64,000 nt of DNA from Phoronis australis. Its lineage: Eukaryota; Animalia; Phoronida. The position numbers and the translations under genes were made by a program. Shown one piece after another: positions 13,201 to 25,193 of this stretch (position 1 is its first letter; every line of letters begins with the position of its first letter). The notes below the pieces were generated by a model that saw nothing but the letters and a program-made list of their open reading frames with translations, was not told the origin of the DNA and searched no databases. The DNA lies in assembly GCA_002633005.1 (NCBI GenBank), contig NMRA01000630.1:1-64000 (forward strand). The letters are read 5' to 3'.

Positions 13201-16200
13201 TTGGCACAGGTAAATATTTCAACACCTTTGGCACAGGCAAATAATTCAACAGTTTTGGCACAGGCAAATAATTCAACAGTTTTGGCACAGGCAAATAATT
13301 CAACAGTTCTGGCACAGGCAAATAATTCAACAGTTTTGGCACAGACAACTCTGATTTTGAACTTTACTAATTCTAAGATATGTGTACTTTGTTAATTGCA
13401 TTATGTAACAAAAGTATGAAATTCTCCAGAAACTTCCCTACAATATCTATCCAATAACTAACACTACCTTTGAATAGTGCTAAGTGAGCAATGGACTTTA
13501 GAATCTTCTCGTAGCTGTGTTTATCACAGCTAAGCATACACTTTTTCCAAGCAGCATATACAATACTCCAGTCAATGGTTCTAAAAATAAAAACAAGAAA
13601 TTATTACTACAACTGCAACCAAACGCTTTGTTCATTTTTTATTTCAGAGAAATTCCAGTGTAAATCCACACAATTCTTTATGAACATTCATTTTGCCAAT
13701 TTCACACACTGGGTTTTAGTGGGGGAGAAACCAACGTCAGTAAGTCATCTGAAGTGTGGTTCATGGTGGAAAACACCACATCTCAACATGCTTCATCTCA
13801 AAATTCTCAAAAATAAAGAACCTTGCTCCTTTCTGTGTTGCTCAATTAGTTACTAAGCCACATCTCAGTAAAAAGTGATCACAGACCACGAAGTAGACGG
13901 TCTTTCAAGAATAAGAATATAACTCTCGACATTTTGCTTGAGCGAAATAACTGAAATTTACTTTAATATCAGTAACACGTGACTAATACATGAAAATTAT
14001 GAAAATAAAATCATAAAATGTCATACTTGCACTCGGATTCTGCTAAGACTTTCAGCAGCACGCAGACACCCTCCAGTTTACATTGAATGCCATCCTAAAA
14101 GAAGAATCAAATTAGTTAAGATTTTATAACAGGTGTTCGTCGTCGCGGTAAAACTGACCAATTACAACAGGCCTCTCATTTCCAACCCTTGTTTTAAACA
14201 AGAATAGTACATTATTGGTTATTCTTTTTGGACAGAGGAACTGGTTTCTTCCTTACCTCAGGAATTAGTGTTATGTGGCCATACCATAGGCAACATATAC
14301 AACCCACAGAGGCCATTCCATAGGCAACATATACAACCCACAGAGGCCATGCCATAGGCAACATACAACCCACAGATACAAAATTCATCATCAGAGGACC
14401 CCATTCAGCACTAATCAAACTTTTTTCTATAAAGCAGTTAATCATCAACATCTCACACAATGTGATTTGACATTTTGCATCCAGAGAACCTGGCAACTAA
14501 TAAACACTTATTCAAGTCACCATGCGAGAAGGATTTTTGCAAGACTGAGCAGTATTCTTCTGGTAAAATGACCCTTTTATGTTAGAAAACTCAGGAGTGG
14601 TGCTGAAATTCAGATGAGATTCCTTTCCATTGTTGAGTGGTATGGTTATCCTATTTTCCATCACCGCAACAGACAGGCACTAATCGTCATAAAACATGTA
14701 CAAGCTTTGAATAATTTAAGTAACACCTGGAATCAAGTGGAACTACCTTAGAAACAAGTAACCACAGCAAGAACAGTCTTGCCAATGTTTGGCGAAATTA
14801 TTACAGAAAGATCCAGGAGGCCTGGGGTCATAAGATACAATGAAGTCAATCAGTAATGTAGGATTATGCAGGGGGAGGTGACAGGCTGAACCACTTACTA
14901 GTAGTCATTGGCAATAAAAGACAAATAAGGCTGCACGAGAGAAATTTGTAACTATGTCACAGTTGAAGCAGGAAAGCTTGGATACCACACTGTTGAGTCT
15001 AAAATAGCATACAGGATTAAAAGAACCATCAAAGATGAGACAGGACTTTACTGAGCTTCTCTGTCATAGCATTCAAGATCACAAAATACACAAAGCAAGA
15101 AAAAGGGAGTTTGAAAAATGTACCTGATCATTAACAGAGCCGAGATCTTGACAAAGTTTGTAACACTGCTGCTGGACAAGGCTGACGCGCCTATCATATA
15201 CTTCTCTGAAACAGTGTCACAAAATAAAATGAAGCTCAGATTGTGACGTCGCTAGATAACTAAGCTTTAATTGCAACTGCTCCTGATTAACATAATCAAA
15301 TATGGTGTGTGTACACTCAACTATCAAACATATGCATTCTTAGTGAATTGCTACACTCCGCAAAAGTTAGACATAATTCCTTCTTGCCACATTCGTTTTT
15401 TGGTTAAAGTTTGGAAACTAATTTAAAGAACATTAAACTCAAAACAATGTCAAACAAAAATAACAAATTTACCTCTTGGACGATTTCTTAAACTCCAGCA
15501 ACCACATGCAGATGACTTCAACAACAAACTAGAAAAAAATAAGAATTCTATCACAAAATCTTAACGCCCCTTCGCACCAACTGGTATAATACAAAACCAG
15601 TCATTTCCCTTTGACTGGGTCATTTAAAGTCTTTGAGGATAACATGTTGGCACACGAATTAAAGTTTTAAAAAAGGTCATACATCAGCAACAACACTTTG
15701 TCAGTTCTTCACAAAGAACACAAACCAATAAATATAATCTAGCTAACAAAAACACAAGCTAGATTTAATGTGACTATTCTTTTTTGACAATGAAAATCAC
15801 ACAGGGCAGGTACAAGGGGGTCTTCAATTAGATAAGATTGGACTTGCTTTGTCCAGACAGAAATTTATTACGTTGGCATGGAGACGTACAAACAGGGGTA
15901 TAAGGTAATGGATGAAAAATTTCATTACCAAGCTACAACGAAAACAATATGGAGATTTAGATTCAAAACTAAGTTACGAACCTCAGCATTTTTGAAATGC
16001 CCCAAATGGTGTCTCTGAACAGTTTCAGCCAATAGCGGCAATATATTGAGCACGGATTGCGAGTCTTTACGATAACACAGCAGCACTGCTTCACACACGA
16101 CTTGTATGACCATAGGATTCACGGATGTCACAATTTGATTGGTTAAGAGCGTGGTGATGGTGGAAATTTCACAATCTTGCGAAAGTAAGGCACGTACAGA

Positions 16201-19200
16201 AGAAACAGCAGTTTCTGTCACCTGGGACATCTCCCTGTCACATTTAATAAGAACATTATCTGGTTATTTCATCACAAAGTACCGGAAATTTAAAACTTAA
16301 AAAATGGCAATGGCAAAAAAATAATCAAATCATCAAGTCACTTGCACAGGTCCCAGATTTCGAGAACCAGTTTGACACCCGCTACTCAGTGGAAAAAATT
16401 GGTTCTCACAATGTGGGATCAGAAACCATCAAATCAATATGTACAGTTACAACAGAACGATAGAATAGCACAGAGTGCCATCTAAAATCCTTAGAAGAAA
16501 ACTTAAGGACATCACTCACTTTATGAAACAGTGCAATGACTTAAACAATAACAGGTGTGCAGATTTACCTGTCTACTTGTCCAGTACTTGTAGAGCATCT
16601 CTCTAGAATGCAGACGACACATGAGAGGAAGTGACCCAGTTCTGGAGGCGACGGTGAACATGAGGCAAGCAGGCTGTTGAGGATGTCAAGAGAAACCTGC
16701 AACACAATTTGAAATACTCTCCATTAACAGAAGGCATGGCACGCAAGTCAAAGGATACACTCACTTGTTAACAAATCGAATCAAACCACCTCAAACACTG
16801 TTTAAACCTAGATAAAATTTAAGTAACACTGGAATTTGAAATAAAACTTACAATAACATCACTAGTCAAGCTGAAGTCCGTGAGAGACGGACGCGACGTC
16901 TCTAACTCTAGTAAGTTTTATTTCAAATTCCAAAATTAGATTCAAATTTTATCTGTTTTCTCAACTGGATGCCCCAAAATTTTCTTACCGTTTAAACCTA
17001 CTATCAACAGGATTACTTAAACTTAGAGACAAAATAATGGAGCAGAATGTTTTGCAAACAAAAAACCTTTTTAAGACAGTTTAAAATTGCATTCAAGTCC
17101 TGTTGAACCAGCAAGGTCGGGATCAATTACGACAAAATCCAAATTGAATGAAACAAAATCGACTGACACTAGCCTCAAAAATATAACTGAAATCCAAACG
17201 GTTTGAAAAGGCAATAAAATTAGACAGAGTATATGCCTTTGTCTACCTTTTTAATAGACAGTATATGCCTTTGTCTACCTTTTTAATAGACAGCATATGC
17301 CTTTGTCTACCTTTTTAATCTTGCTACCACAGTTCTCCACTTGACAACACATCAACTTCCACAGGATGGAGACCTCATAGTGACCCAGACTGACAACTTC
17401 ATCTAAGACTGGACTGAGGATCTTGCTGAAATACATAACGTCATGAACCCACTGCTAGAGGTCACGGGCCCAGAGTTTTAAGGTCACCAACAGAGTGCTG
17501 TTACTCATACGTTGAAGAACTTTCATTCTATGTTCTGGTTTCAGCTTGGAAAGAAACAGTACCTTAGTGTAACAGACACGCTCTGTTCAGGAACATCATT
17601 GTTATGGGTGTCCAAGGATCACATTTGTCAATACATTTTTGTATTTATCAAACCTCACATTTTACAAAACTGTGGCTAGAGACAGATACTGGAGACCAGA
17701 AGTTGGCATGCATGTTCATAAAACTTTGCGACAGTGTCAAGCCCACGTGAAACATTGGTACATGAGGTTGACCAGCTTCAGACCACACTTTGAGTGTAGT
17801 AATTTTCTGAGAAAATTGAACTATCACAAAGAAATGAACCTAACTTACGTGATAAAATACTGCATGGTTTCACAACAGGTGGCGCTGCTAATGAGAATCT
17901 GGCGAGGCTGGATTGAAACACTAATGACTTCTTGGAAGCTCTAAAATATCCAACAAGCAGACACAGGAATTTCATATGAGAATACAGACTGTTCCAGTAT
18001 GCAAATGTAATTACAAATAGTCGGAAATTTGGATAAAAATTCTAAATGGTTTGGACAACATACAGTGTGCAATTGGAAGTAAACTTACCGGTGAGGTACT
18101 GAAGTGAATGAAAGCAACATCAAGCTAAAGTTCCTGAAACCATTAACAGCCAAGTGACTTAATGTCTGAGTAACAGAGGACTTTATTAGTTGGAGAATGT
18201 TCAACCCTGAAGCCTCCAACATCATGACCCTAATGGTCAGCAAGTAAGCGAGAATGACGTGAACTGATGACATCTGTTGGTGACTGATCAAAGTAGTTTA
18301 AAACAGAGTCTATACTGTGGTGAACTATCAGTAAAAAGGTGAGTGGTTGATTCCCTGGCTGCTGTGATCATGTAGCCATGTCCTTGATCAAGATACTGAA
18401 GCTGTAATATTATAGTCGCGTGGTGTGTACAAATCGGTACCAGCCTCAATGTGGCCCATTCTCTGTTAAGGCCACAGAAAACAAACTCATGGTTTACTAT
18501 GGAAAAACATCATATTTGCAGTAGATGCTTTGCATGTAACCGTTACTTTCCTTTTCGTCTCCTTTTCATGAGTTGCCATTGTAGGTTTCCCAGTTAACCT
18601 AAAGCTTGGTGCAGACCATGAGCAATGTGCTAAGCCTACTGACGTGAAGATCACTTTGCTTATTGTGTGGGGATTAAGCAAACATCCAACAAGTTTGATT
18701 TATTTAATCTCATGAGCCTAAGTCCTCAGTGTGCAAGCGAGGCGAGTTCAGCACTTAGCTGATTAACTTTCCCAGGCAAATTACAACTAACCACTTACTC
18801 AATGCTCTGTTATGAAATCGCTTTCCATTTGATCCGTATCATTAAAGGTGATACCTGAGTCCGAAAGAGCAGGCTGTTGATTACCACTTGAGCGCAGGCT
18901 TAACAAGTTGACATGTAACAGCGTGTCTCAAATGACTACTGTTAGTTCTTTCCAATAACCATTCACTTCTCATCTCAGTGAGAAACAAATTGAGACCAGT
19001 TTGTAGAGGTAAGTCGTCAAAATCAAGTATGTACCTTTAATGGAACACATGTTTACAGCAGTTGTACATGACCACTGCGATGAACAAAATATAAAGCAGA
19101 ATGTCTGTACAACCACACGCTCACCTTTTCCAACGCAGGTGAGGTCTTGAACGCATTCAGCACCTGAGGCTCGGAGAACGATGTATGTGAAATTCTGAAT

Positions 19201-21737
19201 AGATCTACCAAAGAAAAAAGTCAAATACATTACTACAAATCGCCATTTGCAAGGCGAGTATGTTAAAAATAATAAGTACGAATGATAAAGACTATTGGCA
19301 GTTGTATACAGAGAGATAGGCACAGCGAAACAGTGTCCGTTACATCAAGTTGGCCATCTTTACATTCACCAATCAAACGATAAATATTACGTAACCTCTA
19401 AAATCAATTTGGGGCCTATTTCAATAAAAATGTCCAAACATTACACATTACACAGAATAAAAGGAGACTTCCGCCAAAACTAAGACAGGTCGTAAGTCTT
19501 TGTTTAGACAATGTAAACAAAACACTGCGACATTACGACATTTTAGTGAAAGAGACCCCTGGTGTATTTAGAGAATATCATCACGCACGGATCAACTCTT
19601 ACACAAACTTGGAACATTCAGATTTCCCTGAATAATAAAACTTGGTCAAGCCATCAGAGGGAGCCTTGTCTCAAGACAAACAGACACAAATACCCAAGCC
19701 CATAAATTGCATCAAATCAGAGTAAAGAACATGGCAGCACCAGTTTTATAATCATGGTAACTGTGTCTATATCAAACCAAGTTTCACTTTGGTAGGAGGG
19801 CTTGCTACAGCTTCGACTAGTCCCTTGTTAAAATGGTGCAATATCATGTTCAACCTAGAGAAACTGTCTTTTTCAATTGTGGCATTCAAAAATTTTCTTT
19901 ACCAAGGAAAACTACACTCTAAATATCTGGATACAAGTGAGGTGGCACAAACTAGAAGGTTCCGAGGACGAACTCACTCCAGTTTATCTATAACATGTCC
20001 TGTGTCAGCTTCAAAATGTGAACCAGAAGCAAGCTCCTCACACATCTTGACTATACCTAAGAGTGACAGTAGTATTTCTCCAAGTAGACGCACAAAGAAG
20101 TTCGACCGCCGTAGTCGCACCACTTGCATCAGCATGATGATGATGTCACATGATGTTTGATGAGAGGCGGAGCATCTGTCATGACTCAACAGACGCAACA
20201 GGTGAGACATGAGCCAGAATGTTAAACCTACAATGTAGGCAGAGCTATTACTAGAAGATTGGCACATATCTGATGAGAGGCGGAGTCTCATCAAGGCACT
20301 ACAAAACATTTGTTTACATTGAAATCATGTTATCGCAGATATACAATACGTTTATTCCTTTATATCAAATTAATTCAGCGCTACATTACCCTAGCCTTCA
20401 TAAAACTGAGTCCTTGAACTCAATATACAGGTGACTGTTGCTTATCCCATATTTCCATTGAAAAACTCGTGAGCGATGCGTCACAAAACCTGCGAGACCA
20501 AATTCCAAAAACGTCAGATAATCTGTGAACTCACCCTCTGAAGCGTCCTTCTCCTCCTGTGACAGACTTGGTGTGTCCTCATTTTGCACAACATTTGGCA
20601 CAAACGTCTCAATGTAGTGTCGAAGTAGCTGGAGACACATGAAGGACTGTGAGGACGTCCCCTGGCTAAACAGGTCTTCACTGACTGGAGGTGAAAAAGT
20701 GACAGATCATGCCCTATTCACTGCAGAGTCATCTAACAGAAATAACTAACTCCTCTTCTCATGTCACAGGTACATTGCTTGTCCTTATATAGAGTAATTC
20801 TTAAATTTATATTACGGCGTAAGTCTCAGTTTGCATCCAAGGCTAATATTTACGTTCATATGCATAACTGTAGGTGTCAGTTTTGAACTGAATTCTATAG
20901 TATTGTACCATTCATTACAGTATTGGCATATTTACATACCCCTGTCTAAGTCACCCAGCACACTGTCAACAAACATACACAGACCACCACGCGCTTTCAG
21001 CAGTTGTGCAGTGTTCTCCTCACAGCTACAATAGATAAGGGGAGTGTGTTCAATTAATTGATCAGGATATGAAGTTTAGGCAACATTCATACTTACCACC
21101 ATTTTGAAAAGTCATGTTACAAAAAGCTCCGATTTGGTTTCAAATCCATACAACAGTGGCATAATGTCACCACAGGTAGTAGTTTGTTGTGGACAAAGGT
21201 AGTTGTTTATGCTGGCATGATTTGTTGTCCATCCATGTTCGCCCCTTAGTGGACCAAAAAATCATGAGAAGTACTTGACTGGGATCATGTCCTTGGGTAA
21301 GAACTGCCTGGTCTCTCAAGTGTCAGTCTTGTCTAGGGTGGATTTGCACCTCCAGAGTTTGAAGTGTATAAGGTGTGTGCTCTGTTTGGCTGTGCGTGAA
21401 CTTGCATAATACTCTCAATTTAGATATCAATGTACCTTGTTAAGTGTGCATGTGAACTTTTGTTCAGCATCACGGCTTGTAGCTAAGCCAACCATCTAAT
21501 ACAGCTATTAAAGAAATGAAATCTCATGCATGCATTTTGGGGTTTTCTGATGCTCAGCATGTGACGTACCACGCACCGCCATGAAAGTTACCAGCATCAG
21601 GCATGCACTGGTCACTTTTAACCAGACTAGGCAAGCGTGTTAAATGTAAAGTACAGCACCTCAGTATCTTCTACTAGTAACTGAACGCACCTTTTCAGTT
21701 GATTCAACGTCGAGAGAAGATTCTGCGAGTTATTCAT
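1297..21737 (-). CDS. ATR: Serine/threonine-protein kinase ATR, N-terminal HEAT/UME region (partial; 3' part lies beyond the left edge)
   Basis: Phase-consistent GT-AG exons, 5'->3': 21691-21737 (MNNSQNLLSTLNQLKS), 20940-21025, 20535-20684, 19978-20227, [19125-19204 and 18855-18898 less certain], 17849-17940, 17311-17425, 16569-16696, 15982-16234, 15473-15528, 15124-15205, 14027-14094, 13468-13580, 12954-13021, 11678-11759, 10920-11014, 9977-10074, 9480-9572, 8892-8974, 8478-8561, 7683-7815, 6921-7082, 6262-6358, 5968-6042, 5555-5671, 5012-5104, 4173-4274, 3387-3482, 2853-2933, 1932-2024, 1297-1454. Peptides such as KETEIEVASLLRLDYQ, VFNGLAMLAS, ADFLQPRLLGILAYF, LMGQKHITSVRVKIMTTLR and KASPAASSVI closely match human ATR as I recall it (NETEIELGSLLRQDFQ, ADYLQPKLLGILAFF, LMGPKHVSSVRVKMMTTLR). 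Confidence 0.93.
13171..13343. repeat. 27-bp minisatellite, about 6.4 copies
   Basis: Unit TTTTGGCACAGGCAAATAATTCAACAG. Confidence 0.95.
14279..14375. repeat. 32-bp tandem repeat, 3 copies
   Basis: Unit CCATAGGCAACATATACAACCCACAGAGGCCAT-like. Confidence 0.9.
17222..17319. repeat. 32-bp tandem repeat, 3 copies, spanning an ATR splice donor
   Basis: Unit AGACAGTATATGCCTTTGTCTACCTTTTTAAT. Confidence 0.9.
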
Positions 21738-21889
21738 CTGAAAACAAAGAGAAACACGAAAATACAAAACAAGAGTGTGAAGTAGACAACATACAATGTG
21801 ATCAGTGATTAACGCTTAGCTTGATGCCAACTCACCAAATGCAACAGTTGGCCAAGTGAACACTGAGATCACCAAAATTACACTCATTC

Positions 21890-22003
21890 TGGTGGTGCCA
21901 GTAGAGACAGTGGTGATTGTCTACACTGACGGTGCCAGTAGAGACAGACAGTGATCACTGTCTACACTGGCGGTGCCAGTAGATACAGTGGTCACTGTCT
22001 ACA
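21890..22003. repeat. Tandem repeat of about 38-40 bp, 3 copies
   Basis: Unit GGTGCCAGTAGAGACAGTGG..ACTGTCTACACTG. Confidence 0.85.
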
Positions 22004-22048
22004 AAACATCTTCACTGGCTAACGTCAACTCAAATGCTAGCCTTTGTA

Positions 22049-22732
22049 CAAAGCTGTATACTAAATATACAGCTTCGTGCCACTGTGGGTAAAAAAGTGG
22101 GAAGATAAAATGTGACACAAAACTAGCGTAATTAAAAACTACAGTCTTCCTTGAGTAAACTAAATTATTTAACGGTATTAGAAAAAATGGCGTTCTACCG
22201 TTCTGCTGCTGAAGTTGTGGAGGGATCTTCAGCGTCAGCTTTCGGCGCCATGAAATATTGCGTCACCTATTGGCCAGTTTCTGTTTCGCCAATTCTTCAA
22301 TCAGCTGTTGTTCTTCCACAAAGTTACGTACATGTCGCAACAAATTATTGGAACTGGTTTCACTTCATGATAAGTTTTTAGAATTTTGATACCAAAAAAC
22401 CATGAAATTTCAGAACAAATTTCGCTGCTGCGAAGTTGTCGCAAAGTGCACGTGACACGTGCGTACTGTTTTCAAAACAACAACAACATACTTTTCATTG
22501 TTACAAAAGGTCGAGAATGACGCAAGAAAATGATGTTTGTTACATTGTTTTTCACTTAAACAGTTTTAATGGGCAAGGTGAGTGTCGGCTGTCTGATTTT
22601 TTTGCATGCATCCCATCTGGTCTTTAGCTTTACTTGTTGAAACAAATTTCACGGCGAGATGACGAGCAGAACTACCAAGGTCTATGGAAGATAAACACAC
22701 AGTGGTACCTAGCTGTATTTTGACGATAGTCT
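22049..22732 (+). mobile_element. Dispersed unclassified repeat of about 700 bp, copy A (interrupted near its end by the LTR element; continues at 24333)
   Basis: Colinear similarity to 62421-63140 and, inverted, to 60941-61570. Shared hairpin AAAGCTGTATA-CTAAA-TATACAGCTT and terminal GACGATAGTCTTCATA. Confidence 0.75.
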
Positions 22733-24332
22733 TGTTGTAATCGTCAACATCATTCGTACTTTATCTTTCTGTGGTGTCTTGTGATTTGTCAGTTTTATGG
22801 TTCCCCGGATGCTTGTTTTATTTAAACTGCTGGCGGGAACTCTGCTGGCAGTCTTTCAGCAAGCAATCAGGATGTCAGGGATGGGCACCTGGATTGGGTT
22901 TTACTGAAGCTTGAATAGCTGTGTTTTAACTGGTGAGTACTTCTAGAACTAAGAAGCCTAGCTAGTGAACATGCAGTAATACAACAATTGGCGTAGTTGG
23001 CACTGGCTAGGTTTTTCTATGAGTATTCAACCACTTTTCTTGGAAACCTTTGCCTGACCAGGGCATTTTCTGTAGGTTCGGGGGGGAAGGTTGGATAGGG
23101 GAGTGGTATCGTACTAGCGAGTTGCTGGTACGGTGGCCAAGTGGTCTCTTGGTCTGTTGGGGTTGGTGGTTTAACTGGGTTTTTATCCTTTGGGTTTTGG
23201 GTATTTATTGCGTCCTTGTAGTTGGTGAGTTTAGTCTCAGGCATTGTTTTGGTTATGTCATTGAATTGAATACCATTCCATTGACCTAATACTTTCTCAC
23301 TACAACTAAGTCCTTTATTTATTATCATATTCCCCGGTATTCATTTATTTATTTATTTATTACGTCCGTGTAGTTGGTGAGTTTAGACTTTGGCAGTGTC
23401 TTGGTTATGTCATTGGACACCATTTCATTGACCTAATACTTTCTCCCTACAACTAATTCCCCTATTTATTATCGTATCCCTAGTGCGTAGTTAACCTGGG
23501 TGCGGTACTTTCAAGTCCGTCCCAGTTGCCAGGAGGTCTATGTTTAATGGAGGGTAAGTCACATTTCCCTGTGAACCTATCCATTTTAGGTCTGTGTCCA
23601 AGGTGTTCCCTTTGGGTTGGAATGTCTGCCCGGCCTCCACCCAAAGCACGTCAAAATGTATCATGGTAGTGCAGGGTTTATTTTGAGAACTCCACTAGAA
23701 ATGCTCGTGTCCTATACCCTTTTGCAGCTACAAGTCCGGGGAGTCTCCCTAGCGAGAACTTTTTCCGTTAGGTGACTGCTCTCCCGCCCTGGGGGGTGGG
23801 TTGGGATCCTGCTAGGTTTTCTCTTTATGAGTTACTTCATGTGTTTGGGATGTGCTGGCATTCTGAACTATTTTTATTATTTTTGGTACTTCTATATTTA
23901 ACCTGTGTGCTTTATTCTCTGCTTCCAGGGGAACTGTCCTTGTCATTCTAACACTCTTGGTCTACTTAGCAGTGGCTTTATTTTCGGTAAGCAGGGATAT
24001 GGTTAAATTTTTGGGAAATTTTTCGTATCTGGCGAATGATGTTGATTCCCAGGTAGGCCCCACACTTTTTTAGGGAGGAGGGGAATGTTGTAATCGTCAA
24101 CATCATTCATCCTTTATCTTTCTGTGGTGACTTGTGATTTGTCAGTTTTCTGGTTCCCCAGATGCTTCTTTTATTTATACTGCTGGTGGGAACCCTGCAG
24201 GCAGTCTTTCAGCAAGCAATCAGGATATCAGGGATGGGCACCTGGATTTGGTTTTACTGAAGCTTGAATAACGGTGTTTTAACTGGAGAGTACTTCTAGA
24301 GGTCTAGCTAGTGAACCTGCAGTTATACAGCA
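22733..24332 (+). mobile_element. Complete non-autonomous LTR retroelement (TRIM/LARD-like, probably Gypsy-dependent)
   Basis: LTRs at 22733-22986 and 24086-24332 (TGTTGTA...TACA(A/G)CA). PBS TGGCGTAGTTGGCA directly after the 5' LTR (tRNA-Ser-like). PPT AGGGAGGAGGGGAA before the 3' LTR. 4-bp TSD GTCT on both sides. The 1.1-kb interior lacks gag/pol. Confidence 0.9.
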
Positions 24333-24444
24333 GTCTTCATACAGCTAGCTGGCTGACAACTCAAAGTCACGGTAGGCCTAGAAGTAGCCGGGACTAATTA
24401 ATTATACTAAGTAACTTGGCAATTCAACTGACACTGACACGACC

Positions 24445-24521
24445 ACAGGCACCTTCAATTAGCCCCTCGACGATATACGATAACACCGTATATCGTCGAA
24501 GGGCTAATTAAAGGTGCCTGT
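24445..24521. repeat. 35-bp-arm near-perfect palindrome (7-nt loop)
   Basis: ACAGGCACCTTCAATTAGCCCCTCGACGATATACG / CGTATATCGTCGAAGGGCTAATTAAAGGTGCCTGT, 2 mismatches. Confidence 0.85.
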
Positions 24522-24857
24522 CGACACGATTGACAGTCGTTTACAATTCTAATGGCATGTGCGGTTCATTGCCGAGTCTTGATTGTCACTGAGACTGGTC
24601 GAGAATAATTTAGAGTTCATGGACTGTATTTTTCTCATCGAGAACAAACTTGCACTCAATTTCTTAATTTCGGTAAAATGTGCAAATATTATGAAATATT
24701 ATAGATGCAACAAACCTTGGGGTAGGCCTATCTTGTGGACAGTTCAACCAAGGAGTGTAGTAGTATAGGAGAGTTCACTTGTGAGTTCGCTGTTACCACT
24801 ACTACTAGCGCCGCCAAGTGGTGAACAAGCTACGGTCAACCAGGAAGCGCCAAAACA

Positions 24858-24955
24858 ATGGGGACGGACGCATTTTGCAGTGCGATAAATTGCATGAATT
24901 CATCCACGAAAACCCCAGACGTGTCATTTTGTAGGTTTCCTAAGGATCCAGAAAG
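24858..24955 (+). pseudogene. Orphan THAP-domain first exon (THAP12/PRKRIR-like), probably a DNA-transposon remnant
   Basis: aaacaATG, then MGTDAFCSAINCMNSSTKTPDVSFCRFPKDPE, then AG|GTAAG donor. This is the classic THAP N-terminus (CxxxxC...F.RFPKD). No downstream exon found. Confidence 0.7.
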
Positions 24956-25119
24956 GTAAGGATTATCTGTTATTCAATAATATGATACATTGTCTTTCAT
25001 TTTGTGTGTTCTGTTCACGGTTGTTAGACAAGTCGATCGCAGTCCCGNGATGTTTCAACATTATCTCTTGATTAAGATGTGTAATATTTATTTGTCTGTT
25101 TATGACATTGCCAGTTACA

Positions 25120-25193
25120 CATGCGCGCACCAAGCCTTGAAATGGGGGGGCTCATTCGAGCCCCCCCCCGAGCACCCCCTGGGTGCGCGCATG
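25120..25193. mobile_element. 74-bp miniature inverted-repeat element with 5-bp TSD (hAT5-like)
   Basis: TIRs CATGCGCGCACC / GGTGCGCGCATG, flanking TTACA duplication, internal GGGGGGGCTC..GAGCCCCCCC hairpin. Confidence 0.75.

Noticed and set aside
13118-13395. Repetitive ORFs on both strands (LLNYLPVPK / LAQANNSTV) and a CRISPR-like look
   Set aside because: 27-bp head-to-tail minisatellite with no unique spacers; the ORFs are a by-product of a unit length divisible by 3.
18089-18098. 10-nt microexon candidate in ATR
   Set aside because: Phase-compatible only if the better ATR-like exon 17849-17940 is skipped; no independent support.
23017-23328. ORFs within the LTR element interior as gag remnants
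   Set aside because: Low-complexity composition with no zinc knuckle or other gag/pol motif.
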